IMG/VR virus record: IMGVR_UViG_3300028597_000007
DNA: 64,000 bases
Strand: one strand, 5' to 3'
Source of the DNA: a virus
Part shown: positions 52,561-62,600 of the stretch, piece after piece
Numbering within the stretch: the stretch's first letter is position 1
Layout of the letters: each line of letters opens with the position of its first letter
Program-made: the position numbers and the translations under genes
The notes under the pieces: generated by a model
The model's input: only the letters and a program-made list of their open reading frames with translations
Databases searched by the model: none
What the model was told of the DNA's origin: nothing

Positions 52561-53828
52561 CACTTGAAGATGTCGCGCTTGATTTCAAGGATGTGGGGGC
52601 GTGCAGGGCGACGACGGTCACGGTTGCTCCGTACAGCGTCTACCGCGTTGACATTTCGCCAACGGATGTCGTGCATGCGCATGTGGTCGTGAGTGCCCTC
52701 AGGGGCCATCAGCGTCCACTTAGGCGTGTGGTCGTGCAGCAGGTAATTGAGCATCCGACCATCGTGATGTTGGCAAGGCGCCTTCACGGTTTCGTGGTGG
52801 TAGAATGCACAAGGATGCTGACCGATCTCCAGAGGGATACGGTTGAAGTACACATCCGGGGAATTGACCACGACAACGAACGTCTGGCTCAGGGTCATCA
52901 GTGCCTGAATGAAAGCACGACCACGAGACTCTGCAACAGAGATCATCGTCGGTGCATCTTTCTTCTTGGACACCACCGAGCGGGCAGCAGACAAGTCCAT
53001 GTACTGCTCAGCTGTCAGGAAACGTTCCAGGTAAGGGTATTGCAACAGGTTAACTTCAAACAGCCCGTTACCCACAGCACGGAACACATTGCCCAGTGGG
53101 ATCAGATGGCCGAAGAGCACCAACATAGCAGAAGACTTACTCCAATCGACACCAGGCACAGAAACGTAGATTGGAGTATCCAGGGTAGCTCCAGCAGCAG
53201 GGAGTCCGCCGAGCATCGTAGTAGTGATAGGAACAATCTTGCAGCCTCCAAGTTTGGCAAAGCTGATCAACCCGAGGCTATTGATGTCGGACTTCTGGAC
53301 AGTACGCCCACCTTGCATGACATAAAAACCTGCGGTAGAAGAATAGGTGCGGTGCAAATAGCCTGCAACGCTGGCCAGTGTGTTGGCCTCTATCATCCCG
53401 CCGGTCAGTCCTTCTTTAGTGACAAGCAAGTCCGTCTTGGCAGCCACTGGCAGTTCAAGACTAGGCTGGCCGCCAGACACCACCATCTCGACTTTGAACT
53501 TCGCATGGATGGCGTCAGAGTAAACAGCTTGCACCGTTTCCACCGAAGTGAAAGTGGTGGTGGGGAGCGCAGTGTTGCCGAGCGCGGTGAACCACTGACC
53601 CAGCGTCATTTGTGTTTCGAACTTCTGCACGTAGGGCAGGGAGTCCTTGAAGAAATCGAACAGGAAGAACTTGTCCTTGTCCGCGTTATTGGTCAGCACC
53701 ATGCGGGTTTGGCCCAGCACGGCACCAACAGAATGCACCTCTACAGCGAGAGCGGTGGCAAGGTCTTGCTCAACCCAGCGCATGCCATTCTGGTTGACCT
53801 TTGCAAAAACTTTAGTTGGAGTATACAT
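52560..53828 (-). CDS. conserved virion structural protein (422 aa)
   Basis: GAGG SD before ATG 53828; divergent from the tail-fibre operon. Confidence 0.65.
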   Translation of the reverse strand: MYTPTKVFAKVNQNGMRWVEQDLATALAVEVHSVGAVLGQTRMVLTNNADKDKFFLFDFFKDSLPYVQKFETQMTLGQWFTALGNTALPTTTFTSVETVQAVYSDAIHAKFKVEMVVSGGQPSLELPVAAKTDLLVTKEGLTGGMIEANTLASVAGYLHRTYSSTAGFYVMQGGRTVQKSDINSLGLISFAKLGGCKIVPITTTMLGGLPAAGATLDTPIYVSVPGVDWSKSSAMLVLFGHLIPLGNVFRAVGNGLFEVNLLQYPYLERFLTAEQYMDLSAARSVVSKKKDAPTMISVAESRGRAFIQALMTLSQTFVVVVNSPDVYFNRIPLEIGQHPCAFYHHETVKAPCQHHDGRMLNYLLHDHTPKWTLMAPEGTHDHMRMHDIRWRNVNAVDAVRSNRDRRRPARPHILEIKRDIFK

Positions 53829-53926
53829 AGCGCCGCCTCTCGGCTGGAAGAAGTATGTTATGGACGATGACCGGCTATAAAATAGCCGCCTATAAACCCC
53901 GGAGACGGATTCGGAGTACCCGAGAC

Positions 53927-56089
53927 ATGTCAATTGATCTCAACACCGTCAGTCTCCCCTTCGACCGTTTGGGTACTGCCGCGACCAACAAACGAGTAGG
54001 GGAGCGCCACACTCTTACCAGCGTAGCCTGGACAGAGTTCAACATCCTGATTCCCAAATATGCTCCGTTCTACTCGGAGTCGATTGCCAACGACGGCATT
54101 ACCCACCTCCCAAGTGGCAAGAAGCTCGTCCGTGGTATTGACTGGATCGAAGGTTGGTATTTCCAATCGGCGTCTGGTGAGATCGGCCTGGATACCCATT
54201 GCTGCATTTACTTCTACGACGTTACGTTGGCGGGTGAATGCGAGATCACCTCGTATCAGGCGATGGGTGGCGAATGGCAGATCAACGGCCAGCTTCTTAC
54301 CCAGATTCTGGCAAACGCATTGCTCAACCCACTGCGTTACTACTGGGAGCAGATTGCAGAACTTCCAGAGATCTTTAACCCACTCGATCACGACCAAGAC
54401 ATCCAGGACTTCACCAAGCTGGGTGACTTGATCGACGTACTGCGCGAGATCGCTCAGGCCGTCGGCGGCTCTGCTGGTGCTGACCTTGCAGCACACATTG
54501 CCAACAAGCTCAACCCACACAACGTGAATGCGGCGCAGGTTGGTCTGGGTAAGGTCATGAACTGGGCGGTGGCGACGTTGGCGGACATTACTTCCGGCAA
54601 CCTCAATCCATCTGTGTACATGAACCCGGTCATGACGCAGAACATGATCAACACGGCCATGGGTGCGCTGACCACACACACCCAGAACTTTGCCAACCCG
54701 CACAAGGTCAAGGCCGACCAAGTTGGTGCCTACTTCAAAGCCGAAGTAGATGCCCTCATGGAATCCCTGGCCGCTGGTCTGATCCACAACCTCTATGCTT
54801 ACCGCCTGGAAGGCAAGTCGGTTGATGACATCGTTGCTATGGTCCAGTCTGGCTCCAGCGGTGCGTTGGATGCTCTGCGTCAAACGGTTAGCGCCCTGCA
54901 GAATGAGCTGACTCTGCATGAGCAGAACTTCAATAACCCTCACAAGGTTACTGCGGCTCAAGTTCTGGCGTATACCAAGGCCCAAGTCGATGGGTTGCTC
55001 ACCACCTTTGCCACTGGCACTATTGCCGACATCTATGCCCATCGCCTGCAAGGCAAGTCTGTTGACGATATCGTTAACATGGCTGTGGCTGCGGTGTCTG
55101 ATCAGTTGGGCGCAATTCCTACCCAGATCAAGGACGCCATTGACCAAGCCCTGCTTACCTTCCAGGCGCAGGACACTGTCAAGTTCGCAGGCAAGGACGA
55201 GAACCAGTGGGTCGACATCATTAATCGCGCCGTGACTGCCGGCCTCACCACCCGCACGCTGCCGTCGATTGCCACGGTTATTCCAACGCGTCCTTCCAAC
55301 GACCCGTACAAGGCAAACGCCACGGCCTACAGTGCAACCGTGCTGGGTACGTTCGACCGCTACTACCGTAACGCTGACCAGAGCATCGGGAACCCTCACG
55401 GGTCGCTGACTGCAGTGCGCATTGTCATCGGTGATTCCACCAACCTGACCCTGCCGGCCTGCGTCATCGACGTTCAGTTGGGACGCTACGCCACCAGCGG
55501 TACCTTCAGCTACACCGGCACCTTGCCGCCAGGCTTCTCGTTGTTCCTGGACGACGAGGGTACGGACAACCAGCGCCAACTGTGGCTGCGTGCAGCGCCT
55601 AACCGACCAGCCATTGAAGTCACCACCATGACCGGTACCGGATTCACCATTGGTGATGGCTCCACGCCGATGATGGAAGGTAGCTCGGTTTATGACCCAG
55701 CCACCTACCACGACAACAAACTGGTGCTGACCGGCGACAACTTGGCATTGGGTGCCGGCCAGCGTGACCTGACTACTCGCGTGGGTAAACTGGAAAGTTC
55801 CAGCACCGTGCGTTATAGCCAGAACACCGTGGTCAAGCCAGGCGTCAAGCTGACCGTAGACCTGCAGTCTCTGGTACCTACGGCCGACGTAGCGCTGTAC
55901 GATTACCTGGGTGCTCGTGTGCGCGTACGCCTGTTGGATGCGGTGGCGGGTTCCCTGACCGTCGGGAACTACATCAACTCCGAAGGCACCATCGTTACTG
56001 CGATCCGTAGCAATCGCTACCTGGACATCTACAACTACGATACGGTCGATCAAACTGTCAGTGTCCGCGTTGAGATCCCACTGACTTAA
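53927..56089 (+). CDS. tail fibre / tail-associated protein (phiKZ gp145-like)
   Basis: GGAG SD before ATG 53927; three H..N..NPH.V...QV repeats typical of phage tail fibres. Confidence 0.75.
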   Translation: MSIDLNTVSLPFDRLGTAATNKRVGERHTLTSVAWTEFNILIPKYAPFYSESIANDGITHLPSGKKLVRGIDWIEGWYFQSASGEIGLDTHCCIYFYDVTLAGECEITSYQAMGGEWQINGQLLTQILANALLNPLRYYWEQIAELPEIFNPLDHDQDIQDFTKLGDLIDVLREIAQAVGGSAGADLAAHIANKLNPHNVNAAQVGLGKVMNWAVATLADITSGNLNPSVYMNPVMTQNMINTAMGALTTHTQNFANPHKVKADQVGAYFKAEVDALMESLAAGLIHNLYAYRLEGKSVDDIVAMVQSGSSGALDALRQTVSALQNELTLHEQNFNNPHKVTAAQVLAYTKAQVDGLLTTFATGTIADIYAHRLQGKSVDDIVNMAVAAVSDQLGAIPTQIKDAIDQALLTFQAQDTVKFAGKDENQWVDIINRAVTAGLTTRTLPSIATVIPTRPSNDPYKANATAYSATVLGTFDRYYRNADQSIGNPHGSLTAVRIVIGDSTNLTLPACVIDVQLGRYATSGTFSYTGTLPPGFSLFLDDEGTDNQRQLWLRAAPNRPAIEVTTMTGTGFTIGDGSTPMMEGSSVYDPATYHDNKLVLTGDNLALGAGQRDLTTRVGKLESSSTVRYSQNTVVKPGVKLTVDLQSLVPTADVALYDYLGARVRVRLLDAVAGSLTVGNYINSEGTIVTAIRSNRYLDIYNYDTVDQTVSVRVEIPLT
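54677..55082 (+). repeat. tandem 80-codon tail fibre modules
   Basis: H.QNF.NPHKV...QV.AY.KA.VD.L....A.G.I...YA.RL.GKSVDDIV.M at 54677-54842 and 54917-55082, 240 nt apart. Confidence 0.8.
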
Positions 56090-56096
56090 AGCTTAA

Positions 56097-56118
56097 GGCC
56101 CCTGAGCAATTGGGGGCC
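56097..56118 (+). terminator. weak GCAA-loop hairpin between tail fibre genes
   Basis: GGCCCCTGA-GCAA-TTGGGGGCC; no U-tract. Confidence 0.35.
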
Positions 56119-56142
56119 GGACACTGTTAACAGGAGCATCAC

Positions 56143-57309
56143 ATGTCGCTTCGTCCCTTTAAGTTTGAGGTTGACAATACGGGCGTCAATCCAAACAACC
56201 TGGTGCCTGCCGAAGCCCACACGCTACAAGGGACTGGTAAACGGTTCGTGGTTACTGACCATGGTCCGTTCTATACCGGCTCCTTGATCGTAACGGACTT
56301 GGCCACCGGCCAAACGCTCGCCCCCCGTACCCAGTACACCGCCATCCAGCTGGAAGAAGAGGCCACCCTCGAATCCGGTAAGGAAGTCTGCTCCATCATC
56401 ATCATCGATGACACTAAAGTGTCCAATCGCGTGGCGGTGACTTACCAGGCTTACGGTGGTTGGATGTCGTACTCGATCACTGCCATCAAGGAAATGATCG
56501 AGGCGCTGGATCTGGACAACCGTGTCATCAAGTGGGGTGACATCGTTGGTAAGCCAGATCGTTACCCACCAGCGCCCCACGCCCACCCGCTGTCGGACAT
56601 CTATGGCTGGCACAAGCTATTCCCATCGCTCAATGCCATCCGTGACGCAATCCTGACTTCTGACCAGGCTGTGTTCGATGCCATCCGTACTCAGTTCGCT
56701 GCAGAAATTGCGCGGCTGGAGGCCAAGCTCAATGCGGGCGACGCGGCGGCGACGGCTCACTACAACAACTTCAACAACCCGCACAAGGTCACCATCAAGC
56801 AACTCGATGGCCTGACTGCGGCTGAGATCTACCAGCTGCTCACCGGCTACCTGCCGCTGCATGGGACGGCTGATAACTCGATGAAGTTGGAAGGTCGCTC
56901 CTGGCTACAACTGCGCGCTGAAATCGTTAGCGGTATCCAGAACTCTGAGCTGACCAACGGCCTGTTCAACAAAGCCAACCTCGGTGAGAACTGGCTGGCA
57001 TCTGACCAGAGCCGTGTACTGACCGCCACTGGCTGGAAGAACTTCAAAGCCCACGAAACCACCTTCGGTCGCACCATTACCGAACTGGGTGGCTTCACTC
57101 AGGCTGAGACCAACAACCTGCTGGCCCAGCGCCTGCCTCTGCATGGCACTGCCGACAACTCCGCATTGCTGCAGGGTAACAACGTTAGCCAGATCCTGGC
57201 TGCGGCCTACAACCAAGTGGGCACCATGGGCAAGCGTAACCTGTTCGTTTCCAGTGCAGCGCCAGACCCAGGCACCGGCGTGGTTGGTGACATCTGGTTC
57301 AAAGTCTGA
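56143..57309 (+). CDS. tail fibre protein (phiKZ gp146-like)
   Basis: AGGAG SD; W..I.GKP..YPP..H.H, HYNNFNNPHKVT, duplicated LPLHGTADNS (56851, 57133) and terminal SSAAP...G.VGDIWF, all typical fibre motifs. Confidence 0.75.
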   Translation: MSLRPFKFEVDNTGVNPNNLVPAEAHTLQGTGKRFVVTDHGPFYTGSLIVTDLATGQTLAPRTQYTAIQLEEEATLESGKEVCSIIIIDDTKVSNRVAVTYQAYGGWMSYSITAIKEMIEALDLDNRVIKWGDIVGKPDRYPPAPHAHPLSDIYGWHKLFPSLNAIRDAILTSDQAVFDAIRTQFAAEIARLEAKLNAGDAAATAHYNNFNNPHKVTIKQLDGLTAAEIYQLLTGYLPLHGTADNSMKLEGRSWLQLRAEIVSGIQNSELTNGLFNKANLGENWLASDQSRVLTATGWKNFKAHETTFGRTITELGGFTQAETNNLLAQRLPLHGTADNSALLQGNNVSQILAAAYNQVGTMGKRNLFVSSAAPDPGTGVVGDIWFKV

Positions 57310-57321
57310 TAGGGGGTAGAC

Positions 57322-58134
57322 ATGTCGATCCATTATCAGGCTGGTGGTCGGTACATTGACGTTAACACGCCTTTCATTAAACTGGCAGCCAACCAGTGGA
57401 CGATCGGTCAACAGGTCAATGTCAAGACTGGTCAGAACACGTGGTCTGAAGTTTGGCCAATGACCCGAACCTACATCCACGTAGGTACTGGTTACAACAT
57501 GAACATCGCCGCCTGCTTCGGCTATCCAACCCAGCCGGGCAAGTTCATCTTCATCAACAACGGCAACATCTACGGTGTAGTTGGTGGTTCTTCGTTGACC
57601 ACAGGCGGTCTGCCTGCAGGTTCTACGCTGACGATCATCAACAATGGCTGGATCGTTGGTGCTGGTGGTGTTGGTGGGGAGTATTCTGCTGCATATGTAC
57701 CGCTCATCTACCCAACGAACGGTGGCGATGCACTGACCCTGCAGTACCCGGCTGATCTTCAGAACAATGGTTACATCTGGGGCGGTGGCGGTGGTGGTTC
57801 TGGTGGTTCCGGTGGTCAGAAGCGTGACTGTTTTGCAGTGGGTGGTCCAGGTGCTGGCGCACCAACTTCCCCGCCAAACAAGTCCGGGTGGCACCCAGCA
57901 CTCTACTGGTCATCGCCTGCTGCTACCATCGATACTGGTGCGATCGCTGCAGGTGGTAACGGCGGTAACCCTGGTCAGCCAGGCACCACCTGTCAGCTGA
58001 GGTTTGACCGTAAGGGCTCGGGCTTCACGCAGACGCTACCAGTGGGTCAAGGTGGGCGTTCCATTGTTAACTCGGGATACCTCACCAGTTTCACAGGCAA
58101 CAACGCCAACCAGATCAAGGGCGCGATCGTCTGA
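57322..58134 (+). CDS. glycine-rich tail fibre adhesin (T-even gp38-like)
   Basis: TIINNGWIVGAGGVGG...GGDAL...LQNNGYIWGGGGGGSGG...GGPGAG pattern of polyglycine adhesins; follows the fibre gene. Confidence 0.7.
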   Translation: MSIHYQAGGRYIDVNTPFIKLAANQWTIGQQVNVKTGQNTWSEVWPMTRTYIHVGTGYNMNIAACFGYPTQPGKFIFINNGNIYGVVGGSSLTTGGLPAGSTLTIINNGWIVGAGGVGGEYSAAYVPLIYPTNGGDALTLQYPADLQNNGYIWGGGGGGSGGSGGQKRDCFAVGGPGAGAPTSPPNKSGWHPALYWSSPAATIDTGAIAAGGNGGNPGQPGTTCQLRFDRKGSGFTQTLPVGQGGRSIVNSGYLTSFTGNNANQIKGAIV

Positions 58135-58205
58135 TAAATGGAACGGGGTGCTTCACCTGGCAAGTGGGCACCCAATCCTATACTTTCCATTAGCAGGAGT
58201 CAGTC

Positions 58206-58910
58206 ATGCTCGAACACATTCGCGCTTCAGGTCTGTGGTTCTATGTCCTGGACAAAGAGAAAAATCAGCAAATCAACATGCGCCTTTCCGCGGTTCGTCA
58301 GGAGATGGTTTGTCCCCTGGTCGATCCCGTGGTGGTCGTATCGTTCGGCAGCTTTATCGTACCGCTGAAAGGCGACGCGGTTCTGCCTACTGAGGCAGAT
58401 GCAAGCAAGTGCACACCTTATACCACCGCAGACGGCGATACGGAGATCATCATGCTGTTTGAACCAGCAGTCGGCACTAACCCTGCCCTGTTGTTCGAAC
58501 GCTGTGCTACGGTGGTTACAGAGGTTCTGCTGGGCGGGCATCGCCCAATGGGCTACCAGGCCTACAAGGAATACCAGAACAGCCTGAACAAGGTTGCTGG
58601 TTCCAAGTTGCAAAGCGCCAGCGATGGTAGCCCAACGGGTCAGGTGGGTGTGTGGGACGTTCGATTCACTCGTACCTTTGGTGTGGGTGAAGATCGACTG
58701 TTCTCCAAACTCAGCAGCCTGGCTACCTACCGTGCAGGTTATGTCAATACAGGTGTCGAGAACATCGGCGGGCTGTACAGCTTCCCGACTGGCTTCAAGT
58801 TGACCAGCTCCGTGGAGGGCGTTGACTTCTTGGACGTCATGACCAATCTGCTCGCAGCAGTCAAGGTAAACGGTGATCTGGCTCAGGTCGAAAGTTACCG
58901 CATTCGTTAA
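58206..58910 (+). CDS. hypothetical tail-region protein (234 aa)
   Basis: AGGAG SD; coding bias. Confidence 0.7.
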   Translation: MLEHIRASGLWFYVLDKEKNQQINMRLSAVRQEMVCPLVDPVVVVSFGSFIVPLKGDAVLPTEADASKCTPYTTADGDTEIIMLFEPAVGTNPALLFERCATVVTEVLLGGHRPMGYQAYKEYQNSLNKVAGSKLQSASDGSPTGQVGVWDVRFTRTFGVGEDRLFSKLSSLATYRAGYVNTGVENIGGLYSFPTGFKLTSSVEGVDFLDVMTNLLAAVKVNGDLAQVESYRIR

Positions 58911-58957
58911 GTCATAGACCAGCCACTGCCCATTCGGTGGCGGTGGCTGGCTTATGC
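58911..58957. terminator. hairpin with TCATA/TATGC flanks (element 10)
   Basis: CCAGCCACTGCC...GGCGGTGGCTGG (58919-58950) after the 58910 stop. Confidence 0.8.
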
Positions 58958-58996
58958 TAAACACTATGAATTATCACCCACCTCATGGAGCCAACC

Positions 58997-61900
58997 ATGG
59001 CTAAAGACGTTTGGTTCAGTAAAGAGCCAGGTCGCTATGCGCCCCCACAAACGGTCAACTGGGTAATCTCTGACAACATTGATTACTTCGCTATCTCTAC
59101 CGACGACAAGGCCACGGCGATCTCCGAATACATTGCCTATGACACCTTGACCCCACCTAACCCGTTCATCGCGGTTACTCAAGACGGCAATGGCCAGGTC
59201 GTTTATGATGGCGGCTTCCCCAAGTTCTACAACGCCGCGGCGCCAACTGGTGACCTGACTGGCTCCATCACCATTGAGTTCAAGGCCACCTGTGCTGGTA
59301 CGAGTGACCCAGAGGCCAACCTGTACTACTACAACGCTTTCAGTGACCTGCCATGTCTCATTGCCGCAGGTGACAAGCTCGTGTACGACATGTGGCAGAA
59401 CAGCAATGATGCGCGGGTAGGTCTCGACGCTGTGACCAACCAGCCAATGACGTCGAAGTATTATTCGATGCGCGACTGGGGCAAGGACTACAACGACGCA
59501 AGTGTCCCTTACGGCCTGTATGACCAAAACGGTGTTTGGAGTCACCCAGCCGTTGACCTCGCTGGTCGTGCCACCAATAAATGGTATCACCGCGAGATTG
59601 ACCTGACCAAATGCGCAGGCTATACCTTCGTTCGTTGGTCTTTGGCGATGGAGGGGGAAAAGGCTGGCGACTTCGCTGTACGCTTCCGCAACATCCAGAT
59701 CATCGACAAGAACGGCAACCTTAAATACACGCTGTTCAAAGACAGCATCAAGCTCCCAGGCAATACTTCGGCAGAAGCTGGCGCCAGCGGTTACTCCAAC
59801 CTGGTCAAGCAACTGTTCGACCCACGCCCACCTTTGTCGGCTGCATTCAAGTACCTTTTCAACGCATTCAACTGGTGCGCCAACCCGGCCAAGGTAAACG
59901 CTGGTAACCGTAAGGTACTGATCCTGGGTGACCGCCCAGGGGCTGACGTCAACTATTCCGTTAAGGACAGCGTCGGTAACGCAGGCTTCGGTAAGAGCAT
60001 TGCTGCTATCTGCTCGCTCACGGGCTTTACGGCAACTGTCAAGACCCACGAGGACTATGCCGGATCGCTGCTCAACCCAACCCAGGCTGAGTTGAATGGT
60101 TACCCACTGGTCGTTGTCTTCTCTTCCGGTAGCGGTGGGGCTGGTCCGATTACCGAGGCAGCATGTGATGCATTGGCGGCGTACCGTGCAGGTGGTGGCG
60201 GTTTGATCATCATTACCGACCACGGGCCAGTGCTGGATACATTGGATGCGGCTAAAGCGGGTGCCCCCAATGACAGTAACCAGTTCTTCGCCACGGCTAA
60301 CAAGGTGGCAACTCGCTTCGGCGCTTGGTTCTCTGGCAACTTTGACCGCACGCCAGTTAACGTAGGTTTCCTGCGCACCAACTACGGAGACCACCCTCTA
60401 TATGCTGGCATGGCGAACAACGAGAACATCGCTGCAGGCTTCTCTGAATCCCGTGTGATGGTGCCATCGGTAACCAAGTACACCAAGGCTTCTCCTCCTC
60501 CGCCCCTGAGTTTCCCAGTGATCGGTCGCTACCCAGTGCTGGTTACCATGAAACACAAGGATGCCACGGTTGAGAGCTTTAGTGTGGTCTTCGTCATGGG
60601 GTCTACCAAGTACCTCAAGTGGACCGCTGTGGGTGGTACCGAGATCACATCCACTGACTTGGGCTGGGGTTGGCAACCAGACGTTGAGCTGGTGATGGAC
60701 ACCATCGGTCTGGGTGACTGCGCGGGCTCCATTTACCACAACACGACCAAGATCGGTGAGTTCTCTTGCACTGACTTGGGTGGTCCTGTCATCACTTGGT
60801 ACTCGGGTAGCTCCTACGCATTGAAGACCTTGGATGGCGACAAGCTCCGTGCTGTTCTGGAGTCTGGTTTGTCCTACACGGCAGACCTCGCAATCAAGCG
60901 GGTTAACTTCGATGCGACCAAGGGTCGTTCCATGGCAGCCATCGAGCAGCAGTTGCGCAGTGGTAGCTGGAACCTGCCATCGCCTGTTCCCCGTATCAAC
61001 CAAGGCGGCGACATTGTTCGTTCGTTGTTGCCAGTGGATGCGACAATCGATGGTTTCGGTAAGGTGTTGGATTTCTCGACACCGGCCCAGAATATCCGAC
61101 TACTCCGCGAGTTCGCTGCAGGTAACTTCCCACTGTTCGACGTCAATGCCATGGCCTACGCTACTACTGCGGCAGCCCAGCAAGCAATGTCGACCATGAA
61201 GCCGCCGACGTTGTTGGATGTGTTTAACACCTGGCCACGTTTCTCCAACGCCAACTGGTACCCAACTCAGGCAGACATCCCTGCAGGTAGTGAGGCATTG
61301 TCTTGGGCGTGGGATGAGGCCAGTGGTTCGCCAAAGTCCACGGTCAACTCCGCCACTTACCTTGGCTTGGTCAGCAAGGAGAAGGTGGAGAACTTCGTAC
61401 TGGAGTCTACGTTCTCGTCCAGCGCCAACGACGATGACGTGATCGGGTACATTGTTGCCGCTCGTTACACCGATAAGCTGGAAACACTCAGCCTGTTGGT
61501 TAACCCAGGCGGCTGGGCAGCATATAAGGGCATGGCGTTGGTGTACAACTACCAGTTGCCGGGCACAAAGACGCTGGCTATGAACGACCAGCTGACCCAG
61601 TGGGCGGCTAACGGCGGCTTGGGTTACTGGCCGGGGAAAGACATTCGTGTTGGCATGGTGCGCCGGGGTGCAAACCTTGCGTTCTACGCAACCGACTGGG
61701 GCGACCCCAATGGACCACGCAAGGCAGAGTTCCAGTTCGACATGAACAGCGACCCTATCCTTGCCGGACTGCTGGGAGCACAGTCCTACGGCTACAGCAT
61801 GATCTCTCAAGCCAACTCGATCTTCAAGAACGTTCGGTTTGTGGGTGGCGTGCTTTACGACGTGGTGGTGGACGTTCAGGCCAATGCCGTGTACCGCTAC

Positions 61901-62482
61901 AATGGCACTGCTTGGGTGGTTGTACCGGGTCTGAAGCCTGCCAGCATCTACGGGACTCGTCGCAAGATGATCTCCCAAGACACGTTGCAGGAGTTCTACA
62001 TCAACGCGGATGGCACCATCACCAAGTTGACTGACCCAGCGCCCATGGTGGAGTTCACTCCCCCTAACGCTGCCATGTTCCTGAACCCAGTGACCGGTGA
62101 AGCTGCAGTGCCTAAGTACCGCGTGTACTCGGCTGAGTATGGTTGGGCTTCTTTGCCAGCCAACCTCACCATGTACTACTACCGGACGATGCATTTCCCG
62201 GCAGGTACTTACATCTTTATGGCTATCGTCGACGACCAGTTGGAGATCTCCATTGACGGTGTGGTAAAGGGTACCATCTCTGGTGGTTTCAGTGCAGGTT
62301 CCACTGTGCCGAAGTTGGAAGTGACAGTGACTGCCGGCGACCACAAAGTGCGGCTCATGAACAAGAACGTCCCAGCTAACACGCCGGGATACTTCTTGCT
62401 CAAGATCTTCAACAAGGCAGATGGTTCGGTGTTCCATGAACCTACGCCGGGCACGTGGCAGACTGTAGATGTAATTGGGTAA
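58997..62482 (+). CDS. large multidomain tail/virion protein with putative carbohydrate-binding modules
   Basis: GGAG SD before ATG 58997; beta-sandwich region, GATase-like LIIITDHG segment, lectin-like FSSSANDDDVIGY segment and PA14-like YIFMAIVDDQLEISIDG C-terminus. Confidence 0.6.
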   Translation: MAKDVWFSKEPGRYAPPQTVNWVISDNIDYFAISTDDKATAISEYIAYDTLTPPNPFIAVTQDGNGQVVYDGGFPKFYNAAAPTGDLTGSITIEFKATCAGTSDPEANLYYYNAFSDLPCLIAAGDKLVYDMWQNSNDARVGLDAVTNQPMTSKYYSMRDWGKDYNDASVPYGLYDQNGVWSHPAVDLAGRATNKWYHREIDLTKCAGYTFVRWSLAMEGEKAGDFAVRFRNIQIIDKNGNLKYTLFKDSIKLPGNTSAEAGASGYSNLVKQLFDPRPPLSAAFKYLFNAFNWCANPAKVNAGNRKVLILGDRPGADVNYSVKDSVGNAGFGKSIAAICSLTGFTATVKTHEDYAGSLLNPTQAELNGYPLVVVFSSGSGGAGPITEAACDALAAYRAGGGGLIIITDHGPVLDTLDAAKAGAPNDSNQFFATANKVATRFGAWFSGNFDRTPVNVGFLRTNYGDHPLYAGMANNENIAAGFSESRVMVPSVTKYTKASPPPPLSFPVIGRYPVLVTMKHKDATVESFSVVFVMGSTKYLKWTAVGGTEITSTDLGWGWQPDVELVMDTIGLGDCAGSIYHNTTKIGEFSCTDLGGPVITWYSGSSYALKTLDGDKLRAVLESGLSYTADLAIKRVNFDATKGRSMAAIEQQLRSGSWNLPSPVPRINQGGDIVRSLLPVDATIDGFGKVLDFSTPAQNIRLLREFAAGNFPLFDVNAMAYATTAAAQQAMSTMKPPTLLDVFNTWPRFSNANWYPTQADIPAGSEALSWAWDEASGSPKSTVNSATYLGLVSKEKVENFVLESTFSSSANDDDVIGYIVAARYTDKLETLSLLVNPGGWAAYKGMALVYNYQLPGTKTLAMNDQLTQWAANGGLGYWPGKDIRVGMVRRGANLAFYATDWGDPNGPRKAEFQFDMNSDPILAGLLGAQSYGYSMISQANSIFKNVRFVGGVLYDVVVDVQANAVYRYNGTAWVVVPGLKPASIYGTRRKMISQDTLQEFYINADGTITKLTDPAPMVEFTPPNAAMFLNPVTGEAAVPKYRVYSAEYGWASLPANLTMYYYRTMHFPAGTYIFMAIVDDQLEISIDGVVKGTISGGFSAGSTVPKLEVTVTAGDHKVRLMNKNVPANTPGYFLLKIFNKADGSVFHEPTPGTWQTVDVIG

Positions 62483-62519
62483 ACATGAGCCTCCCCTTCG
62501 GGGGAGGCCTATGCCGTCA
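62483..62519 (+). terminator. hairpin with TATGCCG flank (element 11)
   Basis: GCCTCCCC-TTCG-GGGGAGGC (62489-62508) then CTATGCCGTCA. Confidence 0.85.
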
Positions 62520-62600
62520 ATCTAAACAGAGGGGGTAATCTATTAGGCGAAACACCATCGCCCACACCCGCCGAGAGGCATCCCATCGAGGAAAAGAAAC

